DNA from: Bryobacteraceae bacterium
GTDB taxonomy: Bacteria; Acidobacteriota; Terriglobia; Bryobacterales; Bryobacteraceae
NCBI GenBank assembly: GCA_049519475.1
Contig: JBEKQS010000002.1
Coordinates: 4,293 to 68,292 of the forward strand
Reading direction: 5' to 3'
Length of the DNA stretch: 64,000 bases
In this document: one piece after another, positions 1 through 9,007 of the stretch
Layout of the letters: each line of letters begins with the position of its first letter
Numbering within the stretch: position 1 is the stretch's first letter
Position numbers and translations under genes: made by a program
The notes under the pieces: generated by a model
Told to the model about the DNA's origin: nothing
Database searches by the model: none
Seen by the model: the letters and a program-made list of their open reading frames with translations, nothing else

Positions 1-206
1 ACCAGCATTGTCCGATGGCCCAACCGCACCAGATGCAGCGTGTGTTGCGGCCCCAGCGGCAACCGCTCGAGACACTCCATTCTTCGTCCCGCTGCTTTTC
101 TCGGCGGCAAAATCCCGGCGATGCCGCGCCGCCGCAACCACCACAGCGTGGCGGCCAGCAGCCCGAGCACCAACCCCACCGCCCCCATCTGTCCGATCCA
201 GTCCAT
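1..206 (-). CDS. fliO: Flagellar biosynthesis protein FliO, N-terminal part (runs off window)
   Basis: Own translation of the minus strand from ATG (cat at 204-206): MDWIGQMGAVGLVLGLLAATLWWLRRRG... One TM helix followed by a basic stretch. Sits immediately downstream of fliN, the usual fliN-fliO order. Not in the ORF track because it is truncated by the window edge. Confidence 0.55.
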   Translation of the reverse strand, partial: MDWIGQMGAVGLVLGLLAATLWWLRRRGIAGILPPRKAAGRRMECLERLPLGPQHTLHLVRLGHRTML

Positions 207-218
207 AGCGATCCGTCC

Positions 219-464
219 TCAGTTTTCCCGGAAGTCGGTGATCCGCACCCCCAGCTGATTTTCGATCACCACCACTTCGCCCCAGCCGCACAGCATGCCG
301 CCGATGTAGATGTCGATGTTTTCCCCGGCCGAGCGCGCCGTCTCGATCACGCTGCCCTCTTCCAGGCGCAGCACCTCGCGGGTGGTCATCACCCGCCGGT
401 CGAGTTCGACTTCGATCTCCACCGGGACATCTCCCAGTAGCGCTATTTCTTCCTGAGGATTCAT
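219..464 (-). CDS. fliN: Flagellar motor switch protein FliN (minimal SpoA/FliN C-terminal domain, 81 aa)
   Basis: The sequence ...VPVEIEVELDRRVMTTREVLRLEEGSVIETARSAGENIDIYIGGMLCGWGEVVVIENQLGVRI is a typical FliN/FliY surface-presentation domain. Confidence 0.85.
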   Translation of the reverse strand: MNPQEEIALLGDVPVEIEVELDRRVMTTREVLRLEEGSVIETARSAGENIDIYIGGMLCGWGEVVVIENQLGVRITDFREN

Positions 465-484
465 CGGCGGATCATCGAATTACA

Positions 485-1744
485 TTAGGCTGTGATCAAG
501 TTGATCGTGTCCTGGCTCAATTGATCGGCCGTGGTCACCACCTTGCCGTTGGCTTCATACGCCCGCTGGTAGACAATCAGGTTCGTAAATTCCGTCGCGA
601 TGTCCACCGTGGACGCTTCCACCGAGCCGCCCTGTATGGTTCCGCGGCCCCCCGTTCCCGGCGTGCCGATGGATGGCGTGGCGGTCAGCTCGCTGAGCTG
701 GAAGTTGTTGCCGCCCGTGGCGACCAGCGTATTCGGGTTGCGGATCGAAGCCAGCGCCACCTGGCCCATCGTCGCCTGTGTGCCGTCCGAATACTGCGCC
801 ACGATCAACCCGCCGTTGGCCACGCCCACGTTCACCAGTTCCGCCGCCGCCGCGCCGTTCTGCGAACTCGCCGACGAGGCCGACGCCTGCCCGAACTGCG
901 TGATCCTCCCCGATCCGTCGCTGTTGTACGGATTCCAGGAGATGGTTTGGCCCGAAGCCGCTCCATCCGCCAGATCCGGCAGCGTGAACGTGATCGGGGA
1001 TCCATCGGGTGGCGTGAGATTCCCGTTCGCGTCGAAGGTCATGGGAGTGCTCGGGATGATCGTCGACGCGGTCGGATCCGTCAGATCCGCCCCCGGAATC
1101 GACACCGAGTAATTCCATGTATTAGCCCCCGTCTTTTCAAAGCTGAGCGTCAGCACGTGCGAGGTCCCCAGGCTGTCGTAGACGGTCATCGGCACCGAAT
1201 AATCCGACGTCGCGTCGGCCGTCGCCGCCGAATTCAGGTTCATGTCGACCGTGAACGATGACGTGGCCGTCGGGGCTTTCAGCGATCCCACCGGCACCAC
1301 GATGTTGCCGATCGGGCCATTGGTATCCACCTGCCCCGTCGTCGGATCGATGGCGGTCCAGCCCTGTACCGTGTCGCCGGTGTCGGTTAGCAGGTTGCCG
1401 GTCTTATCCGTCTCGAAGTTGCCGGCGCGCGTGTAGTACTGATTCCCGGAGGAGTCTTGGACGATGAAGAAGCCCTCTCCCTGAATCGCCGCATCCAGCA
1501 CTCCGCTGGTCGACTGGATCGCGCCCTGCGAGAACTCCCGGACCGTGATCGGCGTCCCGGTCCCGAATCCCACCTGCGTGGTTCCCAAGCCGGCGCCCAG
1601 CGACTCCGTCACCAGATCCTGGAAACAGATCTCGCTCGTTTTGAACCCGGTCGTGTCCATGTTCGCCAGGTTGTTGCCCACCACGTCGATGGCGGTGGAA
1701 GTGGCGTCGAGAGCCGATAGTGCTGTTGAAAACGATGTAAACAT
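485..1744 (-). CDS. flgE: Flagellar hook protein FlgE
   Basis: N-terminus is MFTSFSTALSALDATSTAIDVVGNNLANMDTTGFK. C-terminus is TEFTNLIVYQRAYEANGKVVTTADQLSQDTINL. Both are canonical rod/hook terminal segments, and 419 aa fits. Confidence 0.92.
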   Translation of the reverse strand: MFTSFSTALSALDATSTAIDVVGNNLANMDTTGFKTSEICFQDLVTESLGAGLGTTQVGFGTGTPITVREFSQGAIQSTSGVLDAAIQGEGFFIVQDSSGNQYYTRAGNFETDKTGNLLTDTGDTVQGWTAIDPTTGQVDTNGPIGNIVVPVGSLKAPTATSSFTVDMNLNSAATADATSDYSVPMTVYDSLGTSHVLTLSFEKTGANTWNYSVSIPGADLTDPTASTIIPSTPMTFDANGNLTPPDGSPITFTLPDLADGAASGQTISWNPYNSDGSGRITQFGQASASSASSQNGAAAAELVNVGVANGGLIVAQYSDGTQATMGQVALASIRNPNTLVATGGNNFQLSELTATPSIGTPGTGGRGTIQGGSVEASTVDIATEFTNLIVYQRAYEANGKVVTTADQLSQDTINLITA

Positions 1745-1772
1745 AAGATTCTCCCGTTAGATTGGTGAAGCC

Positions 1773-2084
1773 TTAGCTGCCGCTCTTGCTGGTGGTGGTG
1801 GTCTGGCCGGCCACCAGTTGATCCAGATCCTGGCGGATGGCCGTAATGTCCTCGCCGGAGGTGACGGATTGCTGCAGTTGCTGCATCTGCGCCAACTGCG
1901 TCACGAACGTCGTGCTGTCGGCCGGATCGGTCGGGTCTTGATTCTGGAGTTGCGCCACCAGAAGCTGCAGAAACATGTCCTGGGTTTGACTCGCGGTCGT
2001 CGAGGTCGAACTGCCCGTGGAACCGGAACTCTGGCCGCTGGATGCATCGTTGCGTGACAATGCCAGCGGTAGGATCGTAGTCAT
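1773..2084 (-). CDS. flgD: Flagellar hook assembly/capping protein FlgD, short form (103 aa)
   Basis: Contains the QDMFLQLLVAQLQNQDPTDPADSTTFVTQLAQMQQLQQ FlgD N-terminal motif. Lies between fliK and flgE. No Ig-like C-terminal domain is evident. Confidence 0.8.
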   Translation of the reverse strand: MTTILPLALSRNDASSGQSSGSTGSSTSTTASQTQDMFLQLLVAQLQNQDPTDPADSTTFVTQLAQMQQLQQSVTSGEDITAIRQDLDQLVAGQTTTTSKSGS

Positions 2085-2121
2085 ACTGATTTGCCTCCTG
2101 GCGCCGCGGTGGCGGCGCTGT

Positions 2122-4062
2122 CTATTGAATGGATGAGAAAAGCCATGCGAAATCCTTCCGTGCGTCTGACGATGGAGTATCGTTCTCCTGAGCCTTGGGT
2201 TTGGGTTGCGGCTGCGGGTCGCGCTGCCGCTGGCCGCCGTTCTGTCCCGGCTGGCGCTCGGAGTTCTGCGACGCCGCCCCGGGCGCCGCTTCGGCGGCGA
2301 GCTGGCGCTCGGCCGTGCCCGCCGGATGCCAGGTCTCGGCGCGGAATCCGGTCTGTTCCAGCTTGGTGGCGAGCGCCGGCAGATCTTCGCGCAGGTCTCC
2401 GGCCAGCCCGGTGTCGGGAGTGCGAACCTCGACGTGCATATCGCCCGCGCGCTCCGAAACCCGCACTTCCACCCGCTGGTTTCCCTGGCCCGCTACTTCC
2501 AACTTGATATCGTGCGCGGCCGCTGGCTTGGGTGCCTCGGGAGCGGCCGCCGGTTCGGATGCCGCCGCCGGCGGGGTAGCCGGAGCGCTTTCCCGCGGCT
2601 TCGCGTCGCTTGCCGCCAGCGGCTGAGGCGTGTCCGTCGGACGGGCCGTTACCGCCGGCTCGGGCGCCGCAGCGGCGGAGACTTCCGGTTTGCGAACCGG
2701 CTCCCGGACGATATCCGGCTGCCTGGTCGAAGCGGCCGAAGCATCGTGCGAATTCTCCTGCCCGCCCAGCGCCGTCTCGCCGGCCGCTGCGGCGGTATCC
2801 GAAACCGGCGCCGCTTCGACCGTCTCGCCCACTCCATTCGCGGGTTCACCACTGGGCGCTTCCGGCTCCGCCTCCACCGGGCGGAGCCGCGCGGTGAAGG
2901 CCACCACCATCGGTCGCGCCGCGCTGGTCTCGATGGCGTCGTCTGGTAGTTCCGAGGCTGCCGGCGCGGAGTTGGCGGCCGGTTGCCCGGCGGCAGCCGC
3001 TTCCCGAGCCCCTCCACCTTGAGCCGTCCTCGCATCCGGTTGGCTCACTGCCGCTGTCTGCCCCGTCACCGCCGGCGTCGCGAGTGGTTGGCCGCCCACG
3101 GTCCCAGCGCTCGTCGCCTCGTTCTTCCCGGTCGCGCCTGGGGCGGCCGATTGCGCCTCACTCCTGGGACCAGGTGGCCTGCCTGCTTTGAGCGCCGGTT
3201 TTACGGCTGGCTGCCCGGCAGCCGGCAACGCGGCGGCGAGTTGCGTCGGTGATGGGACCATCGATGCGGCGGAGAGAGCCTGCAAGCTATCGGAGTTGCC
3301 TGCCACCGACTCCTGCTCTGCGGCGGCCGGCTTGCGATCTTGCGTACCGCCCGCTGCCGGTCGGGCGCTGGCCGCCTGCTGGAGCTTTGCCTCCGCGCCC
3401 GCCGGCGCCGCGTTTCGGACCCACTGAGACTCCGCCGCAGTCCCGCCCGCCGTCTCCCGCTCTGCCGCGGCCGCCCCCGCGGCGGGCTTCGAATCCGGCG
3501 CACCGTTCTTCATCGCCTGCGCTGCCGCCTGAGGCAACTCCGCGCGATCCTCCGGGGCATCCGGCCAGGGACTCATTGGTGTCGGCAGGGCCACCGGCAG
3601 TGCGGCGCCCGATTGCGGAGTCGCCTTCGCTGCGGGCGTCGCCGCATCGCCGGACGCCTCCGGTGTCGCCGCTTGTCCGGCATTCGGGCTATTGTTCGCG
3701 TGGGCCCCATCCCCGGTGTCGGCAGCGCCGTCAGCCGGTTTCGCCGGATGGCTCACCAGCGGAGCGGTTGTCGATGCCGCCATCCAGAAGGCCACCCGCG
3801 GCGCGTCCTCTTTGTTGACCGCCGGAGCGTCTTTTCTGATCGCCGGGGCGTTGCCGGTTTCCACCAGGCTCTGCAGCAGCGCAGTAAACTGCGCCCGCGG
3901 TTTTGCGGACGGCGTGGCGGCCTGTCCCTCCGGTCCAGCCGCTGTCGCGCCGCCCGCTTCCTTGCGCCACGGGCCGGAAGACCCGTCGAGCGGGTTGCCC
4001 ACGAGAGCCAACGCCGGCGTCTGGCCGGCGGCAGGAAATGCTTGTGGAGCGAGAGGCTGCAC
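2122..4062 (-). CDS. fliK: Flagellar hook-length control protein FliK (Ala/Pro-rich, 646 aa)
   Basis: Long low-complexity A/P/Q-rich region followed by a C-terminal Flg_hook-like block, DIKLEVAGQGNQRVEVRVSERAGDMHVEVRTPDTGLAGDLREDLPALATKLEQTGF. Located upstream of flgD-flgE. Confidence 0.8.
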   Translation of the reverse strand: MQPLAPQAFPAAGQTPALALVGNPLDGSSGPWRKEAGGATAAGPEGQAATPSAKPRAQFTALLQSLVETGNAPAIRKDAPAVNKEDAPRVAFWMAASTTAPLVSHPAKPADGAADTGDGAHANNSPNAGQAATPEASGDAATPAAKATPQSGAALPVALPTPMSPWPDAPEDRAELPQAAAQAMKNGAPDSKPAAGAAAAERETAGGTAAESQWVRNAAPAGAEAKLQQAASARPAAGGTQDRKPAAAEQESVAGNSDSLQALSAASMVPSPTQLAAALPAAGQPAVKPALKAGRPPGPRSEAQSAAPGATGKNEATSAGTVGGQPLATPAVTGQTAAVSQPDARTAQGGGAREAAAAGQPAANSAPAASELPDDAIETSAARPMVVAFTARLRPVEAEPEAPSGEPANGVGETVEAAPVSDTAAAAGETALGGQENSHDASAASTRQPDIVREPVRKPEVSAAAAPEPAVTARPTDTPQPLAASDAKPRESAPATPPAAASEPAAAPEAPKPAAAHDIKLEVAGQGNQRVEVRVSERAGDMHVEVRTPDTGLAGDLREDLPALATKLEQTGFRAETWHPAGTAERQLAAEAAPGAASQNSERQPGQNGGQRQRDPQPQPKPKAQENDTPSSDARKDFAWLFSSIQ

Positions 4063-4253
4063 GCCGTCTCCAGTGCAGATCGGCGTCCAAACGGCGCGTG
4101 CACATTCTTCAACCGGTTACCGCACCCGAGCGCGGCATGGAATTGCCATGCGGCCTCTTTGCGGCAAGAAACTGTCGCGCCGCAACACTTCCCTGCCCCT
4201 GCTCATCGGCCGCCATCCGCGCGTTTTGAGAGATTTGCATCTTTTCCTCTCCT

Positions 4254-4269
4254 TGGCCCCTGGCTTGCA
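4254..4269 (+). promoter_or_regulatory. Sigma-54 (-24/-12) promoter candidate for flgFGAHIJ
   Basis: TGGCCCCTGGCTTGCA has GG and GC in the canonical 11-nt register (consensus TGGCAC-N5-TTGCW). It lies 15 nt upstream of the flgF ATG at 4284. No Shine-Dalgarno lies in between. Confidence 0.55.
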
Positions 4270-4283
4270 CTCTGCTCCCCGCT

Positions 4284-5015
4284 ATGGATCCCTTGACCGC
4301 CATCGCGGCCAGCGGCCTTCGGGCCCGCATGGAGTCACTCGACCTGCTGGCCAACAATGCCGCCAACTCCTCCACCAGCGGATACAAGGCCGACCGCGAG
4401 TTCTACAGCCTCTACACCGCCCCTGAAGCTCAGGATGCCGGCTCCTCCACCACCATGCCGCTCGTCGAGAGCCCCTGGATCGACCTTGCCCAGGGCACCC
4501 TCCGTCCCACCGGAAACGCACTCGACCTGGCCCTCTCCGGCCAAGGCTTCTTCAGCGTCGATGGCCCCAACGGGACGCTCTATACGCGCAATGGAAACTT
4601 CCGCCTGGACACCACGGGCAAACTCGTTACCGCCGATGGCTACCCCGTACGGGGAGCCGCCGGCGCCATGACTCTGCAGGCTTCGCTCCCCGTTGAAATC
4701 TCCAACGACGGCTCCGTTCAGCAAGGCGGCCAGACCGTCGGGCAGCTCTCGGTGGCCGATTTTCCCGGCGCGGCCGGCCTGCTCAAGCAAGGTTCCAATT
4801 ATTTCCGCGCCGTCGATCCGAAGTTGACGCCCGCGGCGGCCACCGGCGCTTCCGTCGAGCAGGGCAAGCTCGAAGATTCCAACGCCGGCTCCGCCCAGGC
4901 GGCTATTAGCGTTGTAGGCGTCATGCGCCAGTTCGAAATGCTGCAAAAAGCCGCCCAAATCGGCAACGACATGGGCAAACAGGCGATCGAGCAGGTCGCC
5001 CGGGTAGGTTCCTGA
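4284..5015 (+). CDS. flgF: Flagellar basal-body rod protein FlgF
   Basis: Starts MDPLTAIAASGLRARMESLDLLANNAANSSTSGYKAD and ends ...MRQFEMLQKAAQIGNDM. These are rod-family termini, and the gene sits upstream of flgG. Confidence 0.88.
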   Translation: MDPLTAIAASGLRARMESLDLLANNAANSSTSGYKADREFYSLYTAPEAQDAGSSTTMPLVESPWIDLAQGTLRPTGNALDLALSGQGFFSVDGPNGTLYTRNGNFRLDTTGKLVTADGYPVRGAAGAMTLQASLPVEISNDGSVQQGGQTVGQLSVADFPGAAGLLKQGSNYFRAVDPKLTPAAATGASVEQGKLEDSNAGSAQAAISVVGVMRQFEMLQKAAQIGNDMGKQAIEQVARVGS

Positions 5016-5026
5016 CAGGAGATCCG

Positions 5027-5818
5027 ATGACCAGAGCACTCTACAGCGCCGCCAGTGGCATGAAGGCGCAGGAAACCAACATCGATAATATCGCCAACAA
5101 TCTGGCCAATGCCAACACCGTGGGCTACAAGATGCGCCGCGCCCAGTTTCAGGACTTGATGTACCAGAGCGTGTTGCAGCCCGGCACGGCTTCCGGCCAG
5201 CAGACCATCGTGCCGGCCGGCCTGCAGCTCGGCCTCGGCACGCGCGCCACTTCGAACGAAATCATCTTCAGCCAGGGAGCCTTCACCCAAACCAGCAATC
5301 CGCTGGACCTGGTGATTCAGGGCAACGGCTTTTTCCAGGTGCAACAGCCCACCGGCAACCTTGCTTATACCCGCGCCGGTGAATTCCAGCTCGATAAGAA
5401 CGGCAACATCGTCGACGCCAACGGCAACGCCATCCAGCCGCAAATTACCATTCCGCCGGACGCCCAGGCCATCACCATCGCCTCCGACGGCACGGTCTCC
5501 TATACGCTCCCCAACCAGATCGCCGCCCAGCAGGCCGGGCAGATCCAGCTCGCCAACTTCCAGAATCCCGCCGGGCTCAACAGCCTCGGCAACGGCCTCT
5601 ACCTGCCCACCGACGCCTCCGGCGACCCCACCGTCGGTGTGCCCGGCAGCGCCGAAGGCATGGGCTCGCTGTTGCAGGGATACACCGAACAGTCCAACGT
5701 TTCCATCGTCGATGAGTTCATCAACCTGATCCAGGCGCAGCGCAGCTACGAAGCCAATTCCAAAGTGGTTTCCGCCGCCAACGACATGTATCAGCAGGTC
5801 AACAATCTCCAGCGATGA
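5027..5818 (+). CDS. flgG: Flagellar distal rod protein FlgG
   Basis: Starts MTRALYSAASGMKAQETNIDNIANNLANANTVGYK and ends ...LIQAQRSYEANSKVVSAANDMYQQVNNL. 263 aa is the typical FlgG length. Confidence 0.93.
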   Translation: MTRALYSAASGMKAQETNIDNIANNLANANTVGYKMRRAQFQDLMYQSVLQPGTASGQQTIVPAGLQLGLGTRATSNEIIFSQGAFTQTSNPLDLVIQGNGFFQVQQPTGNLAYTRAGEFQLDKNGNIVDANGNAIQPQITIPPDAQAITIASDGTVSYTLPNQIAAQQAGQIQLANFQNPAGLNSLGNGLYLPTDASGDPTVGVPGSAEGMGSLLQGYTEQSNVSIVDEFINLIQAQRSYEANSKVVSAANDMYQQVNNLQR

Positions 5819-6690
5819 TCCCGCTCGCTCCATTAGCCGTCTCCGCCTGCCTGGCCGTCAGTCCCGGCTCGGATCACATCCTGATCCGCGACCTGGCCGG
5901 CGCCTTTCCGGGCCTCGAATCGGCCGCGCCCGATCTCGCGGTCGCGCTGGCTCCGGCGCCCGGCGTCGAGCGCGTGTTCCGGCTGCCGGAGCTGCGCCGC
6001 CTGGCCGCGCGCTTCCGCCTGCCGATGGCGCCCGCCTCCGAAGTCTGTGTCGCCCGCCCGGTCTCGCCGCCCGATCCCGCCCTGTTTCTGGCCGCCATGC
6101 GGAAGGAACTGCCGCAAGCCGCCATCGAAATTGAGGACTACAGCCGCCAGCCGGTTCCCGCGGGCGAACTGGCCTTTCCCGCTTCCTGTCTGCGCCGCGC
6201 CCCTCGGGAGACTCTCTGGATCGGCTACATCCGCTACGCCGGCAACCGGCGCTTCACCGTCTGGGCCCGTGTCAAGCTCTCCATCCCGGTCGAGCGTGTG
6301 GTCGCCGCCGCCGATCTCGCCCCCAACCGGCCCATCGACGCGGCCCAACTGCGCCTCGAAACTCGGGAAGAGTCTTTTTCCGAGGGCGCTTCTCCGGCGT
6401 CCATCGGCGAGGTGGCCGGCAAGTGGCCGCGGGCTGCCATTCGCGCCGGCTCTTCCATCCGCGCCGCCGAGCTCCAGGTTCCTCCCGACGTGGTTCGCGG
6501 AGAGACCGTACACGTCGCCGTGCGCGACGGCGGCGCGCTGATTTCACTCGAAGCGCGCGCCGAAGCGTCCGGCTCGCGCGGCGATATGATCCCGGTTTCC
6601 AACCCCGCTTCCCACCGGCGTTTCCGGGCGCGCGTCGAAGGCAAGGGCCGCGTTTCGGTGGACAGTTCGCTCCCCAAGGTGAATCCATGA
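5815..6690 (+). CDS. flgA: Flagellar P-ring assembly chaperone FlgA
   Basis: ATGA overlap with the flgG stop. The C-terminal SAF-like block is ...IRAGSSIRAAELQVPPDVVRGETVHVAVRDGGALISLEARAEASGSRGDMIPVSNPASHRRFRARVEGKGRV. Positioned before flgH and flgI. Confidence 0.75.
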   Translation: MIPLAPLAVSACLAVSPGSDHILIRDLAGAFPGLESAAPDLAVALAPAPGVERVFRLPELRRLAARFRLPMAPASEVCVARPVSPPDPALFLAAMRKELPQAAIEIEDYSRQPVPAGELAFPASCLRRAPRETLWIGYIRYAGNRRFTVWARVKLSIPVERVVAAADLAPNRPIDAAQLRLETREESFSEGASPASIGEVAGKWPRAAIRAGSSIRAAELQVPPDVVRGETVHVAVRDGGALISLEARAEASGSRGDMIPVSNPASHRRFRARVEGKGRVSVDSSLPKVNP

Positions 6691-7403
6691 AACGGTTCCG
6701 CATTCTGGCAGTTTCGCTCGCGCTCGCCCTGTGCGCCCACGCCGCGCTCGCGGCGGCGAAAAAGAAAGGCACGGCCGCTCCCAACCCGGCCGCGCCGCTC
6801 GATCGTTACGTGGCGGAGGCCGAAGCCCGCCGCTCCGCGGCATCGGCCTCGACCACGCCCGGCGCCATCTGGCTGGCCGGCTCGCGTCTGGCCGACGCCG
6901 CCCGCGACGTGCGCGCCAGCCAGGTGGACGACGTGCTCACCGTGGTAGTCGCCGAGGCAGCTTCCGCCGTCAGCACCGGCAATACCAAAACGCAGCGCGC
7001 TTCCAGCACCCAGAACAGCATCGCCGCCCTGGGGGGCATCACCAAAGCCACCGGCGCGCTGGCCAATCTCGCAAACATTGCCGGCAACACCCAACTCAAC
7101 GGCCAGGGAACCACCAGCCGCACCACCACCCTGACCACCACGCTCACCGCCCGCGTCACTCACGTGCTGCCCAACGGCGGTCTCGAGGTAGAGGCCACCA
7201 AGGATATTCAAATCAATTCCGAACGCCAGATCATCACCGTGCGCGGGGTGGTCCGCCCCGCCGACATCGATCCCACCAACAGCGTCCAGTCGAACCGGCT
7301 CGGCGAACTGGAAGTCCGCGTCAACGGCAAGGGCGTGGTGAATGACGCCATCAAGCGTCCCTTCATCCTCTACCGCCTGTTGCTCGGGCTGCTGCCTTTC
7401 TGA
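6687..7403 (+). CDS. flgH: Flagellar L-ring lipoprotein FlgH
   Basis: Internal ATG at 6687 (ATGA overlap with the flgA stop) gives MKRFRILAVSLALALCAHA..., a signal peptide. The core LTVVVAEAASAVSTGNTKTQRASS...ITVRGVVRPADIDPTNSVQSNRLGELEVRVNGKG is FlgH-typical. The long N-terminal extension in the track (from 6423) is Arg-rich junk. Confidence 0.88.
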   Translation: MKRFRILAVSLALALCAHAALAAAKKKGTAAPNPAAPLDRYVAEAEARRSAASASTTPGAIWLAGSRLADAARDVRASQVDDVLTVVVAEAASAVSTGNTKTQRASSTQNSIAALGGITKATGALANLANIAGNTQLNGQGTTSRTTTLTTTLTARVTHVLPNGGLEVEATKDIQINSERQIITVRGVVRPADIDPTNSVQSNRLGELEVRVNGKGVVNDAIKRPFILYRLLLGLLPF

Positions 7404-7405
7404 AG

Positions 7406-8506
7406 ATGAGACCATCCTTCCTGGCTCTCTCCATCGCCTGCTTGCTTCTGGCCTCCTCGCTCGCAGGGGCGCGTTTGAAGGACCTCGTCGATATCGAGGG
7501 CGTCCGGGAAAACCAGTTGGTCGGTTACGGCCTGGTGGTCGGCCTGGCCGGCAAAGGGGACACCCAGCAGACCGTCTTCTCCAATCAGAGCCTCACCAAT
7601 CTCCTGGAGCGTATGGGCGTGGCGGTTTCTCCGACGGCCATCCGCGTGAAGAACACCGCCGCCGTCATGGTCATCGCCACGCTTCCGGCCTTTGCCCAGC
7701 CCGGCCAGCGCATCGACACCACCGTGGCGGCCATTGGAGACGCCGCCACCCTGCAGGGCGGCATCCTGATTTTGACCTCCCTGCGCGGCGCCGATGGCCA
7801 GGTCTACGCGGTTGCGCAGGGTCCGGTGGTGACCGGCGGGTTCGTTGCCGGCCGCGGCGGCGCCAGCCAGACCGTCAACCATCCCACCGTGGGACGCGCG
7901 CCCAACGGCGCCACCGTCGAGCGGCCGGCTCCTTCGGTCGCCCCCAAATCCACCGTGCGTCTGCAATTGCGCCAATCCGACTTCACCACTTCGACCCGAA
8001 TCGTCGCGGCCATCAACCAGAAGTTCGCGGCCAAGGACGCTCCCGCCGCGCACGCCGAAAATTCCGGCCTGGTGAGCGTGTCGATTCCGGCCCTCTTCGC
8101 GTCCCGCACCACCGAATTCCTCTCCGAACTCGAGAATCTCACCGTGGAAGCCGACCGTCCCACCCGCGTCGTCATCAATGAGCGCACCGGCACCATCGTC
8201 CTGGGTAAGGACGTGCGCGTCGCCCCGGTGGCCATTCTGCACGGCAATCTCAACGTGGAAATCCAAACCAGCCTGGAGGTGTCGCAGCCCGCCCCGCTCT
8301 CGCAGGGCTCTACCGAGGTGGTGCCGCAAACCACCGTCGGCGCCAAGGAGGAAAAGGCCCGCAGCATCGTGCTGAAGCAAGGCGCCACGGTCGAAGAACT
8401 CTGCCGCGCGCTGGCCGCCATCGGTTCCACACCGCGCGACATCATCGCCATCCTGCAGAGCCTGCGCTCCGCCGGCGCGCTCGAAGCCGAAATCGAGGTC
8501 ATCTGA
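7406..8506 (+). CDS. flgI: Flagellar P-ring protein FlgI
   Basis: Signal peptide followed by RLKDLVDIEGVRENQLVGYGLVVGLAGKGD..., and a C-terminus of LCRALAAIGSTPRDIIAILQSLRSAGALEAEIEVI. Confidence 0.93.
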   Translation: MRPSFLALSIACLLLASSLAGARLKDLVDIEGVRENQLVGYGLVVGLAGKGDTQQTVFSNQSLTNLLERMGVAVSPTAIRVKNTAAVMVIATLPAFAQPGQRIDTTVAAIGDAATLQGGILILTSLRGADGQVYAVAQGPVVTGGFVAGRGGASQTVNHPTVGRAPNGATVERPAPSVAPKSTVRLQLRQSDFTTSTRIVAAINQKFAAKDAPAAHAENSGLVSVSIPALFASRTTEFLSELENLTVEADRPTRVVINERTGTIVLGKDVRVAPVAILHGNLNVEIQTSLEVSQPAPLSQGSTEVVPQTTVGAKEEKARSIVLKQGATVEELCRALAAIGSTPRDIIAILQSLRSAGALEAEIEVI

Positions 8507-8820
8507 TGAGCCCCGTCAACCCTGCGAATTCGGTGGGCCAGATGGCAGCCTCGCTGGCGCTCACCCGCACCCCGCCGGCCGAGACCGACAGTCCGGCCAA
8601 AATTAAGGATGCCGCCCAACAATTCGAAGCTCTCCTGCTGGCGCAGATTCTCCACTCCGCGCACCAAAGCGGAGGCGGCTGGCTCGGTTCGGGCGGCGAT
8701 TCCGCCAGCGATAGCCTCGGCGATTACGCCGAACAGCAGTTGGCCGCCGTCATGGCCAAAAACGGTGGTCTGGGCCTCGCCAAGATGATCGCCCAAGGAC
8801 TCGAACGCAAGAGCGAGTAG
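8506..8820 (+). CDS. flgJ: Rod-binding protein (FlgJ N-terminal domain only, no muramidase)
   Basis: Has the AAQQFEALLLAQILHSA...LGLAKMI rod-binding motif. Its ATG overlaps the flgI stop. 104 aa. Confidence 0.75.
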   Translation: MSPVNPANSVGQMAASLALTRTPPAETDSPAKIKDAAQQFEALLLAQILHSAHQSGGGWLGSGGDSASDSLGDYAEQQLAAVMAKNGGLGLAKMIAQGLERKSE

Positions 8821-8967
8821 AGAAGACAGAAGTCAGAAGTCAGAAGTCAGAAGTCAGAATGGTGGAGCGCGCTTCGCGCGGATTCTGCGCTACTTTTCCT
8901 TACGGCGCAACCACAGGAGTTGAGCGCCAGCCCGCATTCTGACTTCTGGCTCCTGACTCCTGACTCC
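8821..8967. repeat. Palindromic element built from GAAGTCA heptamers (long imperfect hairpin, about 73-nt loop)
   Basis: The left arm AGAAGACAGAAGTCAGAAGTCAGAAGTCAGAAGTCAGAATG (8821-8861) is an imperfect reverse complement of the right arm CATTCTGACTTCTGGCTCCTGACTCCTGACTCC (8935-8967). It lies between the convergent genes flgJ and fliS. Confidence 0.85.
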
Positions 8968-8968
8968 T

Positions 8969-9002
8969 AAATCCCGTAGGGATTTCAAGGGCGAAGCCCT
9001 TG
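8969..9002. terminator. Two adjacent perfect 7-bp hairpins between convergent flgJ and fliS
   Basis: AAATCCC-GTA-GGGATTT (8969-8985) and CAAGGGC-GAA-GCCCTTG (8986-9002). Confidence 0.5.
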
Positions 9003-9007
9003 CTCAT

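Noticed and set aside
8821-8967. Possible CRISPR array suggested by the tandem GAAGTCA repeats
   Set aside because: The repeat unit is only 7 nt with no spacers. The two repeat blocks are inverted relative to each other, so it is a hairpin element. No cas genes are present.
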